This document shows positions 1-9,543 of a stretch of 64,000 bases of DNA, piece by piece. The DNA lies in assembly GCA_963777505.1 (NCBI GenBank), contig CAVZQN010000001.1, positions 224,001 through 288,000 of the forward strand, given 5' to 3'. The first letter of the stretch is position 1, and each line of letters begins with the position of its first letter. The notes under the pieces are model-generated. The model did no database searches. It was not told where the DNA came from and worked only from the letters and a program-made list of their open reading frames with translations. The position numbers were made by a program, and so were the translations under genes. The DNA is from an uncultured bacterium. Lineage in GTDB: Bacteria; Acidobacteriota; HRBIN11; JAKEFK01.

Positions 1-69
1 CAAAAAGAGCTGAAGATGGAAATGGATAAACTTCGCAGTGAATTAAAAGACAAAAAGAAAGAGCTGTAA
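1..69 (+). CDS. 3' end of an upstream gene (charged coiled-coil tail QKELKMEMDKLRSELKDKKKEL*)
   Basis: Open frame 1 ending in TAA at 67-69; partial. Confidence 0.55.
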   Translation, partial: QKELKMEMDKLRSELKDKKKEL

Positions 70-165
70 AAATGTACTTTTGTTAAAGGGTTGGCCTTCT
101 GCCACCCACAGGCGACCCCGCATACCCGGACGAGGGCGGTGCTTAACGCTGCCCTCGTTCATAGT

Positions 166-2040
166 TTACGCAGCTTTTAGATATTTATTCAGAAAATCCA
201 GTATTGCTTTATAACCTTTTAGCTGATTTTCCTTTTTGCTAAACCCATGCCCCTCACCTTCAAACACAAGATATTCAACAACTCCATTCCGTTTGCGGAT
301 TGCATTAACAATATCGTCTGATTCTTGTTTCAGGACCCTTGGGTCGTTGGCTCCTTGAAGAACCATTAGAGGTCTAACAATTTTATCTGCATGAAATAAG
401 GGTGAAGTTGCCAAAAGTTTATCCTTGTCCTTGGATGGATCTCCAACCTCTTTGTAAAGTGCTTTTCGAAAGGATTCCCAGTAAGGCGGAATTGATTCAA
501 GCGTGCGAACCCAATTTGAGATTCCAAACAGATCTATCCCGGCAGCAAACTCTTCAGGCTTGAGCGTCAGTGCTGCTAAAACCATATATCCGCCATAGCT
601 GCCGCCAAAAATTCCAATCCGTTTCGGATCGACAAAATCCAGGGAGGAAAGATATTTTTTTCCTTCAACGCAATCCCATAATGGTTCGTAGCCATGCTTC
701 CCATCATCCGAGGTAAAGAAAGTTTTTCCATAACCGCTGCTACCGCGATTGTTCACGCCTAAAATTACATAGCCATGATTCGCAAGATATTGCATCAATG
801 AACTATAACCTTTGCGTGTTTGCCCGCCTGGCCCTCCGTGAACCCAAACGATTGCTGGGGCTTTGCTATCAACGGACGCTTGATGCGGTTTCAATAAGAT
901 AGAAGGAATTTCGAGACCATCAAAGGATTTGTAACGAATTACCTGGGCATCGATAAGATCATCAGGGTTAATTTCAGGATTCTGAGTGTCCGTAAGTTTT
1001 CGATATTTCTTGTCTTCAAAATTGAAAACATAAAGGTTCGAAGGCGAACGATCACCATTGAAATAAAATGTCATCAATTTTTCGGTGTCGGAAATATTAA
1101 CGCTTGTAATATCGCCAAGTGGAAGGTCAGGCAAATTTATTTCTTTGCCCGTGTTTTGATCAACCAGCTCAATTTCGGTTCGTGCATCTTCGTTTATGGC
1201 GTCGACTCTGTATTTACCTTTATCAGATAAATAGGAATACATAATGTCCCAGTTTGCTTTCTTTACGCTTTCTTTCTTTCCAGTCGCAATATCATAGCGC
1301 TCCAGGTGGGCAAACTGTCCGCCTTCATCTGTTAAGTAATAAAGAGATTTGTTTTGCGGATCGAAATCCTGAGCCGTAAAATTAATTTCCCCTTGATGAG
1401 GCGTAAGATGTTTTGTCTCACCCTTCTGCAAATCAACTAAATACATATCCGAATCTGCTGTAGTATTGGTGCGAATAAGCGCGATGTATCGGCCGTCATT
1501 CGATACTGCAGAAACCGTAAAAGCTTCCTTGTTTTCGTAGATCAATTTCTTTTCATAGGTTGCGGCATCCATGCGATACAAATCAAACATTTTGGGATCG
1601 CGTTCATTGCTCACATAAAAAAATGTTTTTCGATCATGACTCCATCGATGAAATTGAATTGTAAACTTTGTTCCTGGTGTTAAGTCTTTAATTGTTCCGT
1701 CAATTTCACGAACGTAAAGATGATAGTTTTCGTCTCCGCCTTCATCCTGCTTAAACAGGATTCTGTCATCTGTAGGAAAGAACGACTCTGAATACGTTGT
1801 TTTAGAAAAAGTCGTTAGCTGCTTTGGTTGTCCACCAGAAACGGGGACGGTGTACAGATTGAAGACTCCTGACTTATTACTTGTGAAAAGAATTTGGGAA
1901 TCATCATGGGAAAAGGAACTTCCTGTTATCGAAGTAGTCGTGAGAAATTGTTCAATCGTGTATTGTTTAACGGATTTTGCGTCGGCCGCAAAAACCACAA
2001 GTACTTGAAGGATAAAAATAATCAAGATGTTCCGTTTCAT
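166..2040 (-). CDS. Secreted S9 family peptidase (prolyl oligopeptidase / acylaminoacyl peptidase type)
   Basis: Signal peptide MKRNILIIF..., beta-propeller region, VHGGPGG, nucleophile GGSYGG, D and EGHG catalytic motifs; start trimmed to the ATG at 2040. Confidence 0.92.
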   Translation of the reverse strand: MKRNILIIFILQVLVVFAADAKSVKQYTIEQFLTTTSITGSSFSHDDSQILFTSNKSGVFNLYTVPVSGGQPKQLTTFSKTTYSESFFPTDDRILFKQDEGGDENYHLYVREIDGTIKDLTPGTKFTIQFHRWSHDRKTFFYVSNERDPKMFDLYRMDAATYEKKLIYENKEAFTVSAVSNDGRYIALIRTNTTADSDMYLVDLQKGETKHLTPHQGEINFTAQDFDPQNKSLYYLTDEGGQFAHLERYDIATGKKESVKKANWDIMYSYLSDKGKYRVDAINEDARTEIELVDQNTGKEINLPDLPLGDITSVNISDTEKLMTFYFNGDRSPSNLYVFNFEDKKYRKLTDTQNPEINPDDLIDAQVIRYKSFDGLEIPSILLKPHQASVDSKAPAIVWVHGGPGGQTRKGYSSLMQYLANHGYVILGVNNRGSSGYGKTFFTSDDGKHGYEPLWDCVEGKKYLSSLDFVDPKRIGIFGGSYGGYMVLAALTLKPEEFAAGIDLFGISNWVRTLESIPPYWESFRKALYKEVGDPSKDKDKLLATSPLFHADKIVRPLMVLQGANDPRVLKQESDDIVNAIRKRNGVVEYLVFEGEGHGFSKKENQLKGYKAILDFLNKYLKAA

Positions 2041-2062
2041 ATTTACCTCTGTTATTTTCCGC

Positions 2063-2650
2063 TCACGCGGTATTCGAATTATTGCCAACGGCGAGATTCC
2101 AACGTTTCATAACCCGACGAGTACTTTCTGATCCAAGAATGCTTACAGAGGCAGTGTCCAGCATAAAAAGGCCAGCGGTTACCGGAGCCAATCCTAACCA
2201 GCAGCAAGCAAGTACGCGCAAAAAATGACCATGCGAAAAGAGTGCAACATCTCCTTTTGCGTTTAAGATGCGTTCAATCGTACGTTGAGCCCGTTGTGCG
2301 ACCTGCTCCAACGTTTCACCGCCTGGAACTCCATTACTCCAGATCGTCCAACCAGGAATTTCCTGCCGAATTTCCTGTCGAGTTCTGCCTTCGTAATTGC
2401 CGTAGTCCCATTCGGCGATTTCGGATACGACAATCGCATTCTTTGCATAACCCGCAAGGCGACACGTGTCCTGAGCTCGCGATAACGGACTTACCAGAAC
2501 CATTTCAAAGGATTTACCGTTTAAGAATTTACCTACAGCCATCGCATGACTTTCCCCAGTTTCAGTCATAGGAATGTCACGCTTACCAGTATGTTGCCCT
2601 GTAACGGTCCAGGCAGTTTCTCCGTGCCGAATTAGCCAGATTTCACCCAT
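2063..2650 (-). CDS. Histidine phosphatase (phosphoglycerate mutase family)
   Basis: LIRHGET, SPLSRA, EWDYG, FSHGH motifs. Confidence 0.92.
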   Translation of the reverse strand: MGEIWLIRHGETAWTVTGQHTGKRDIPMTETGESHAMAVGKFLNGKSFEMVLVSPLSRAQDTCRLAGYAKNAIVVSEIAEWDYGNYEGRTRQEIRQEIPGWTIWSNGVPGGETLEQVAQRAQRTIERILNAKGDVALFSHGHFLRVLACCWLGLAPVTAGLFMLDTASVSILGSESTRRVMKRWNLAVGNNSNTA

Positions 2651-2700
2651 GTATGTGTCTTCTTGAGAAGAAGCATTCTACCATGTATCCTCGAAGAGCC

Positions 2701-4278
2701 ATGATGAATGCTTGGAATAGGAAAGAATCACGGAAATGGTTTCTTTTTATCGGATTGGCTTTCCTTTTTATCTACGGCCTGAGCACTCTTCCTTTACTCG
2801 GCCCCGATGAACCAAGATACACACAGGTTGCGCGGCAGATGTTTGAAAGCGGTGATTGGATTACTCCGCGGCTTGGAGCTCATCCATGGTTTGAAAAGCC
2901 GGTCCTGCTTTACTGGCTGATGTCCGTGTCGTTTGCAGTGTTCGGAGTCAATGAATTTGCCGCCAGATTACCCTCTGCATTGTCCGCTTTTTTTTGTATT
3001 TATATCGTGTTCCGAATTGTAAAAATTGTGATCGAAGAAAATCGTGCATTGCTTTGTGCCGGAATCCTTGGATCCTGCGCATTTTTTATCGGCTTTTCGC
3101 ATGCTGCCACCTTCGACATGCTTCTGACTGCGTGCGTAACTGCTTCTTTATTTTACTTTTTTGAATATCTGATTGTTGACAGACAAAGGAAAAAGATTTT
3201 TGCAGCCTATGCATTTTGTGGTCTCGGCATTCTTGCAAAAGGTTTTGTAGCGCCAGCCGTGATCGTTATTGCTGCTGGAATTTTCTGGTTTCTAGAACGG
3301 GGATGGCGCGTAAAAATGCATTTCATTATTGGAGCCTTGATCGTAATCGCTATTGCCGGCATCTGGATGGTTCCCGTAACATTGATTCACGGAATGCGTT
3401 TCTGGGACGATTTCTTTTTCCAGCATCACTTGCAGCGATATACAACCAGCCAGTTTCATCGCTCTGAGGGATACTTTTTCTACCTGCCAATGCTTGCACT
3501 TGGAATGTATCCATGGACTGGCGGAATCTTTTGCGGCTTTAGAAACATACAGAGTGAAACAGAAAGCAAGCTCATTCGATTTGCTTATGTATGGCTGTTA
3601 TCAGGATTGTTATTCTTCAGCTTTTCACAATCAAAATTACCTGGATACATTCTGCCCATTGCGGCGCCATACGCTGTACTCTGCGGACTCTCATTGGTCG
3701 ATGCCTGGGTCAGCAACAAAAAGTTACGGATTTTGATTTGTCTCGGGATCTTTCATGTTCTCACCATTGCTGCGCTCTTGTGGGGAATCAATAAATTCCA
3801 GGTTCCACACACTCCAGTGTATCTAATGGCCGCTGCAATTTTGACAATCATGATTGTGTCTGCGTTTTTGTTGTTCAATAAAAAGCCGGCTGCAGCATTC
3901 ATCGCCCAGTGCGTTGCTCCTTTGGCTGCCATTTTTATCGCAGTGCATGGAATTTATCCAGCATCAAACTGGAATGAAACTCGGACGCTTGTAAAAGCTG
4001 TCGAACCCGAACTGAATGATCACAAAATAGCGGTTTTTAACATTTACGATTTTCCACTTGTGTTTTACGCGAATGCACGTGTCGAACTGGATGAACTTGG
4101 TTACTTTGTTAATTTAAAGAATGATAACGATCTATTTCAATATCTTTCCACTCGCGAGAAAGGCTTCATCATTACAAGCAATGAAGACCTTCCGTGGATG
4201 CAGCGAGCTCCATTTCTTCAGATCATTAAAGTAATTCCAGGACCTGAACGATCAATCGTAATTTTGAGACGTAAGTAG
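2701..4278 (+). CDS. ArnT/PMT family (GT83/GT39-like) membrane glycosyltransferase
   Basis: PDEPRY..AR.M, FEKPVLLYW, ARLPSAL, LAKG, SKLPGYILP motifs; multiple TM segments. Confidence 0.88.
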   Translation: MMNAWNRKESRKWFLFIGLAFLFIYGLSTLPLLGPDEPRYTQVARQMFESGDWITPRLGAHPWFEKPVLLYWLMSVSFAVFGVNEFAARLPSALSAFFCIYIVFRIVKIVIEENRALLCAGILGSCAFFIGFSHAATFDMLLTACVTASLFYFFEYLIVDRQRKKIFAAYAFCGLGILAKGFVAPAVIVIAAGIFWFLERGWRVKMHFIIGALIVIAIAGIWMVPVTLIHGMRFWDDFFFQHHLQRYTTSQFHRSEGYFFYLPMLALGMYPWTGGIFCGFRNIQSETESKLIRFAYVWLLSGLLFFSFSQSKLPGYILPIAAPYAVLCGLSLVDAWVSNKKLRILICLGIFHVLTIAALLWGINKFQVPHTPVYLMAAAILTIMIVSAFLLFNKKPAAAFIAQCVAPLAAIFIAVHGIYPASNWNETRTLVKAVEPELNDHKIAVFNIYDFPLVFYANARVELDELGYFVNLKNDNDLFQYLSTREKGFIITSNEDLPWMQRAPFLQIIKVIPGPERSIVILRRK

Positions 4279-4281
4279 TCA

Positions 4282-4306
4282 GTAGGGGCGGGTCTAAGAT
4301 CCGCCC
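4282..4306. repeat. GTAG-type REP-like palindrome
   Basis: gtaggggcgggtctaagatccgccc; related copies at 20042-20101 and 23838-23864. Confidence 0.55.
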
Positions 4307-4346
4307 ACCACTCCGTAGCTTGATCACATCGCATATTTCCAGCACA

Positions 4347-5927
4347 ATGTTTCTGATGAATGATGAAGTTTTTCAAGGAATCGATGTCCCGGAGCAATTT
4401 AATTTAGCCGACCATTTACTGGATGCCAGAGTCCGTGAAGGACAAGGAAAACGTCCGGCAATTATTACCGACGAACAAATATTGAATTACTCGGATGTAC
4501 AAAAGCTTTCCAATACGTTTGCAAATGTGCTTCAGAATCTTGGAGTAGAACAAGAAAATCGGGTATTGATTTCACTTCCGGATATTCCTGAATTTGTGGG
4601 TGCTTTGTTTGGCATTCTTAAACTTGGCGCAGTTGTTGTGATGGTTAACCCACAGTTAAAAGTAGAAGACATGGAATACTTTCTGGATTACACGCGCGCA
4701 AAAATTGCGATCGTATCGCAGGAAAGTTACGATGCGCTTAAAGAAGCAGGAAAAACTTCCAGACACTTGAAAAAACTTTTGACGATTGGAATGAAAACGA
4801 ACGATTCTGCCAGTGTTGCATTTGAAGAACTGCGGAAAAATGCTTCTGCTGAATTCACCACGGTTATGACGCACCGAGACGATCCGGCAATCTGGTTATT
4901 CTCCGGAGGCACAACAGGCCGGCCAAAGGCAGTCGTGCAGACGCATCTTTCCTTTGCCAATACGACCGAATGTTACGGCAAACGTCATCTTGAATATTCA
5001 GAACTGGATCGAACACTTTCAGTCCCAAAACTATTTTTTGGATATGCAACAGGCAGTAATTTATTTTTTCCATTTTCAGTAGGTGCTTGTTCAGTCTTAT
5101 TTCCGGAACGATGCACTGCTGAAGTACTTTTCGAAAAAATTCGAAAGCATCGTCCCACTATCTTGATCAATGTTCCTACGATGGTAAATCAAATGGTGAG
5201 CCATCCTGAAGCTTCCAAACAAAATCTTTCTTGTCTTCGATTCGCAACTTCTGCTGGTGAAGCTCTCCCTGTAGAGTTATACGATCGCTGGAAGAAAAAT
5301 TTTGGTGTCGAATTATTGGATGGTCTTGGCACCGCTGAGATGTGGCATATTTTCATTTCGAATAAACCAGGCGAAGTGAAGCCTGGAACTGTCGGACGTG
5401 TCGTTCCAGGATTTGAAGTAAAAGCTGCAGATGAGGAAGGTCATGATGTTGCCCCTGGCGAAATTGGAATGTGCTGGGTTCGAGGCAGATCCCGCGCAAT
5501 CGCTTATTGGCAAAATCTTGAAAAAACATCAGGTGTGTTCCGTGGTGAATGGTACGTTACAGGCGATTTGATTCGGCGTGATGAGGATGGATTTTATACC
5601 CATTGCGGCCGCGGCGACGACATGATGAAAGTTTCAGGCAAATGGTTATCTCCGCAAGAATTAGAAAATTGTTTGCTAAAACATCCTTCTGTTCGGGAAT
5701 GTGCTGTCGTACCAATAACAGAAGCATCAGGCCTTACGAAACCTTGTGCCTATGTGGTGGCTTCGGAAATAAAAACAGGGCTGGATGAAGAATTAAAAGA
5801 ATTTGTTAAGAAAAATTTGGAACCATACAAATATCCACGCCAGATTTATTTTCTTGAAAGCCTGCCGCGGACGCATTTAGGAAAAGTAGATCGCGCTTCC
5901 CTCAAGAAAACCGCAAAGACGCAATGA
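4347..5927 (+). CDS. Benzoate-CoA ligase family (aryl-CoA ligase)
   Basis: FSGGTTGRPK, PKLFFGYATG, SAGEALP, DGLGTAEMWHIF, TGD, GRGDDMMKVSG. Confidence 0.88.
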   Translation: MFLMNDEVFQGIDVPEQFNLADHLLDARVREGQGKRPAIITDEQILNYSDVQKLSNTFANVLQNLGVEQENRVLISLPDIPEFVGALFGILKLGAVVVMVNPQLKVEDMEYFLDYTRAKIAIVSQESYDALKEAGKTSRHLKKLLTIGMKTNDSASVAFEELRKNASAEFTTVMTHRDDPAIWLFSGGTTGRPKAVVQTHLSFANTTECYGKRHLEYSELDRTLSVPKLFFGYATGSNLFFPFSVGACSVLFPERCTAEVLFEKIRKHRPTILINVPTMVNQMVSHPEASKQNLSCLRFATSAGEALPVELYDRWKKNFGVELLDGLGTAEMWHIFISNKPGEVKPGTVGRVVPGFEVKAADEEGHDVAPGEIGMCWVRGRSRAIAYWQNLEKTSGVFRGEWYVTGDLIRRDEDGFYTHCGRGDDMMKVSGKWLSPQELENCLLKHPSVRECAVVPITEASGLTKPCAYVVASEIKTGLDEELKEFVKKNLEPYKYPRQIYFLESLPRTHLGKVDRASLKKTAKTQ

Positions 5928-5953
5928 CACTAAGATAAAGTCACAAATACTAA

Positions 5954-6060
5954 GGGAGCGCGGACGTCCCGTCCGCATTGGGGATCGCAGGCGTCTCGCC
6001 TGCAAAATTGCGGACTGGAAGTCCGCGGTCCCTGATGCAGGCCAGAGGCCTGCGGTCCCC
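5954..6060. repeat. Four-unit REP/BIME-like palindrome cluster between convergent genes
   Basis: gcggacgtcccgtccgc, gcaggcgtctcgcctgc, gcggactggaagtccgc, gcaggccagaggcctgc; same architecture at 59562-59667. Confidence 0.75.
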
Positions 6061-6076
6061 TGCCCCTTGCAGTGAA

Positions 6077-6568
6077 TTATTTCAAACCATTGTACAGCGA
6101 TTCCATCGAAAGCAAATATTTTTTGATTTCCAAACCACCGCCGTATCCAACCAGTTTCCCATTGTGTCCAATGACCCGGTGACATGGAATCACGATCGGA
6201 AGTGGATTCGCGCCATTTGCTGCGCCTACAGCTCGCACGGCTTCCGGTGTTCCAATCTTTTTGGCCAGATCAAGATAACTGATCGTTTCTCCATATGGAA
6301 TCGTTTGAAGACCTTCCCATACCCTCATTCGAAACGGTGTTCCATGAGGCACTAGAGGTACATTAAATTCAAATCGTTCACCACGAAAATATTCTTCAAG
6401 CTGTTTTACAATTTCTGTCTTCAGACGGTCGACACGTTTCCAGGAACCGTTGTGAGGTGGTTTATCTTTTTTGTGGAAGTGAATCGCAAGTACGCCAGAT
6501 GAATTTTCAGCAATCTGCAATTCTCCAACCGGACTCTTTAGGCTCAAATAACAAACATCTTCACTCAT
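6077..6568 (-). CDS. ogt: Methylated-DNA-[protein]-cysteine S-methyltransferase
   Basis: IPYGETISY, RAVGAANGANP, active site IPCHRVI. Confidence 0.95.
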   Translation of the reverse strand: MSEDVCYLSLKSPVGELQIAENSSGVLAIHFHKKDKPPHNGSWKRVDRLKTEIVKQLEEYFRGERFEFNVPLVPHGTPFRMRVWEGLQTIPYGETISYLDLAKKIGTPEAVRAVGAANGANPLPIVIPCHRVIGHNGKLVGYGGGLEIKKYLLSMESLYNGLK

Positions 6569-6607
6569 ATTGATATTTTACTCGGCGTACTCGGCGTTAA
6601 GAAGAGC

Positions 6608-7459
6608 TTAATCTGCCAAACTTGCCCACAAATAAAGCACTGCATAACTGCGCCACGGACGCCATCGTTCCGCGTATTTTATTAACTCAATATCAGTTAA
6701 CTCTTTACCAATTAGCCTTGCTGCCGCCTTACGTAACCCAACATCGCGCGGCAAAAATACATCGGTTTCTCCGAAGGCTCGTAACGCAATGTAATGAGCC
6801 GTCCATGGACCAATTCCCGGCAAATCACAAAATCTTCGAATAATTTCTTCAAGAGGCAGTCCTGGTTCAGGAATTTGCTTTTCAACTGTTGCTTTCGCAA
6901 GCATGCGGAGTGTTTCTGCTCTTCGCGCAGGAATTCCAAATCCATTCAGCGGCGCATCTAAAATCTGTTCCGCAGTCGGAAATAATCTGGCTTCTGTTCC
7001 GATGGCTGTTCCAAACTTTTGTACAATCCGTCCAGCGATCGTTCGTGCTGCGCGAACTGTAATTTGTTGCCCTAATACAGCCCGCATTGCAATCTCAAAC
7101 CAGCTCCATGCCCCCGGAAGACGGATCCCTGGATACTTTTTTACAACTTTGCCGATTGATGGATCCTTATTCAGGATTCCGGAAATTGCTTTCGAATCAG
7201 CCTCTAGATCAAAGACGCGGCCGACAGTGCGTACTATGTTAGTAGTACTATTAGTAAGGGAAGCAGGAATTTCAACTGAAATGGATTGCTGGTCGGGATT
7301 GTGTCGTATTTTTAGGATACCGGAGTTCCCATCAATAGAAAGAGTACGGCTATAAGAATCTGAATGAACCCATTCAACAGGTTCAATCGCGCGTGTTCCA
7401 AAAAAATGTAGAGTATGCTGCCAGTTCAATGGCGATTTGTAGGATATTTCAACGTCCAT
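6608..7459 (-). CDS. alkA: DNA-3-methyladenine glycosylase II
   Basis: AlkA N-terminal domain, RAVLGQQ, HhH LPGIGPWTA, WRPWRSYA. Confidence 0.92.
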   Translation of the reverse strand: MDVEISYKSPLNWQHTLHFFGTRAIEPVEWVHSDSYSRTLSIDGNSGILKIRHNPDQQSISVEIPASLTNSTTNIVRTVGRVFDLEADSKAISGILNKDPSIGKVVKKYPGIRLPGAWSWFEIAMRAVLGQQITVRAARTIAGRIVQKFGTAIGTEARLFPTAEQILDAPLNGFGIPARRAETLRMLAKATVEKQIPEPGLPLEEIIRRFCDLPGIGPWTAHYIALRAFGETDVFLPRDVGLRKAAARLIGKELTDIELIKYAERWRPWRSYAVLYLWASLAD

Positions 7460-7461
7460 TT

Positions 7462-8178
7462 TTACCGCAGAGAGGCTAAAGATTTTACACGGAAATGAGT
7501 AGTGGTATCGTTCTCAAACAAATCCTGTGGTGAACCTGTAAGAATATTCTTTCCATCTTCAAGAACGACTACACTGTCGCAAAGGGTGACCATATCATCG
7601 GGATCATGACTCACATACAGGATCGGAATACGAGGCACATCACGGATCCACAAGATGAGCTCACGAATCTTTTGTTTTAGCTCAAGATTCAAATTGGACA
7701 ACGGTTCATCCATCAACAACAAGTCAGGAGAAGCAAGGACTGCACGTCCAAATGCGACCCTTTGTTTTTCGCCGCCGGAAAGCTGATCTACATTGCGATG
7801 TAAAAGCGGATCAAGCTCGAGAATTTTTACGAGCTCTTCAAAGGAAATGGATTTCGACTTATTTCGGGAATTGGAACCGTAATGAAGATTTGATTTCACA
7901 GAAAGATGCGGAAACAGTGCTAGATCCTGCGGCACGTATCCAATATTGCGCTGAAAAGCAGGAATAAAAATACCTTGCGATGTATCAACCAGAATTCTAT
8001 CGCCAAATTGAATTTTACCTTTTGCTGGCTTTCGGAAGCCCGCGATGAGCTCTAACAAGGTTGTCTTTCCTGCGCCTGAAATTCCAAAGACCCCTGCAAT
8101 CCTTCCATTCAAATTAAGATCGACACTTAAATGCAATTTGCCTGCGATATATTCAAGCTCACGAATTAAAAGGTTCAT
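7462..8178 (-). CDS. modC: Molybdate ABC transporter ATP-binding subunit (short, no TOBE domain)
   Basis: GISGAGKT, IGYVPQDLALFPHL, LSGGEKQR, LLMDEP; downstream of modB. Confidence 0.85.
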   Translation of the reverse strand: MNLLIRELEYIAGKLHLSVDLNLNGRIAGVFGISGAGKTTLLELIAGFRKPAKGKIQFGDRILVDTSQGIFIPAFQRNIGYVPQDLALFPHLSVKSNLHYGSNSRNKSKSISFEELVKILELDPLLHRNVDQLSGGEKQRVAFGRAVLASPDLLLMDEPLSNLNLELKQKIRELILWIRDVPRIPILYVSHDPDDMVTLCDSVVVLEDGKNILTGSPQDLFENDTTTHFRVKSLASLR

Positions 8179-8843
8179 GATTTTTTTCTTTTAAAATACT
8201 GCTCGCTTACCCAAAGAGTTACGAATGCCAGAACAACGGAATAAAAAAGCAACCGGAATGCATTCTCATCATGGCCCAGTTGGATTTCGTTATAGATCGA
8301 CACAGAAAGTGTCGCAGTTTTTCCGGGAATATTTCCTGCTACAAGAATCGTTGCGCCGAACTCACCTAACGCGCGTGCGAACGCAAGAACAAACCCGGCA
8401 ATGATTCCACGTTTTGCAAGAGGCAAAGTAATTGAAGTAAAAACCCGGAAAGGTCTCGCGCCTAAACTGTATGCCACCTGTTCAAGTCGTGGGTTTACTT
8501 CCTCAAATGCAACACGCGCTGCTCGAACAAGTAATGGAAAGGACATGACAGCCATCGCAAGAACAACTGCTTTCCAGGTAAAAACGATATTGATCCCAGA
8601 CCATTCAAGAAGCGATGATCCAAACCATCCTTTTCTTCCAACAAGACGCAGCAGAATTAAACCGGTAGCAACAGGAGGCATTACAAGAGGAAGTGTGATG
8701 ATCGTTTCAAAAAGGCTTTTGCCGCGAAAGGAAAAGCGTGCAAGGAGCCAGGCGGCAAACACTCCTACAGGCAAGATTAATATAGCTGCAAAAAACGCGG
8801 TTCGTATGCTAAACCATACAATCTGCCAGTCGGAAATGTTCAT
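8175..8843 (-). CDS. modB: Molybdate ABC transporter permease
   Basis: LPLVMPPVATG, FARALGEFGATILVAGNIPGKT. Confidence 0.92.
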   Translation of the reverse strand: MNISDWQIVWFSIRTAFFAAILILPVGVFAAWLLARFSFRGKSLFETIITLPLVMPPVATGLILLRLVGRKGWFGSSLLEWSGINIVFTWKAVVLAMAVMSFPLLVRAARVAFEEVNPRLEQVAYSLGARPFRVFTSITLPLAKRGIIAGFVLAFARALGEFGATILVAGNIPGKTATLSVSIYNEIQLGHDENAFRLLFYSVVLAFVTLWVSEQYFKRKKS

Positions 8844-8883
8844 GCAGGTGAATTTATTGGCTCAACCGCCAAGACGCCAAGTT

Positions 8884-8922
8884 AAAAAAAAAGACCTTCC
8901 GCTTCGTTTGAAACGGAAGGCC
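8884..8922 (-). terminator. Rho-independent terminator of the RRM gene
   Basis: Minus strand ggccttccg-loop-cggaaggtc followed by T9. Confidence 0.75.
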
Positions 8923-8934
8923 TTTTGGAAAAAA

Positions 8935-9258
8935 TTACCAGCGCGGCTCTCTTTTTTGGTAACCGCCGCCACGGCCGCCACCACCACCACCACCACCGAA
9001 GGATTTCTTTTCCTGCGGGCGTGATTCGTTTACAACGAGATTACGTCCACCTAATGAGTAGCCATTGAAGCGCTTAATAGCTTCCGCTGCTTGTTCTTCA
9101 GTAGACATTTCTACGAAGCCAAAGCCACGGGATTGATTTGTGAATTTGTCGTGAATGATGTTAGCCGAAACGACTTCACCTGCCTGAGAGAAAAGTTCAC
9201 GAACTTCTTCCACATCTGTGTTGTAGGAAAGACCGCCTACGAAAAGTTTCTTCTGCAA
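8935..9258 (-). CDS. RRM-domain RNA-binding protein with Gly-rich tail
   Basis: RNP2 LFVGGL, RNP1 RGFGFVEM, GGGG tail; TTG start after AGGAG. Confidence 0.93.
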   Translation of the reverse strand: MQKKLFVGGLSYNTDVEEVRELFSQAGEVVSANIIHDKFTNQSRGFGFVEMSTEEQAAEAIKRFNGYSLGGRNLVVNESRPQEKKSFGGGGGGGGRGGGYQKREPRW

Positions 9259-9543
9259 AGTAAGATACTCCTAAATTTTTTTTCAAAACCGAAAGATTTT
9301 TGAAGGTTGACCGCACTTCATCAGGATCGCGGCCCATCAACAACAGGGCAGGATTCTCCGAGTAGCGGAAAGCGTTCAAGAATGGTACTTCCAGTCTAAA
9401 TGTTTCGCGACAGTTCATTCTGCCGCGTAATTAAGTTATTACGAATCGTAGTCAGTTGCAAGTGTCATCTTCGAGAGAGACTCAGAGAAGCGGGCTGCGA
9501 ACAGCTTTATCGGCGGGAATGTGATATAACAAAAGCCTTGCCA

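Noticed and set aside
4347-5927. Aromatic degradation or biosynthetic cluster around the aryl-CoA ligase
   Set aside because: No box/bcr, PKS or carrier-protein genes are adjacent
8401-9024. Long antisense or overlapping ORFs (e.g. 8401-9024, 6903-7355, 30372-30860, 54801-55268, 45109-45495)
   Set aside because: Shadows of well-supported genes on the opposite strand, with no recognisable motifs
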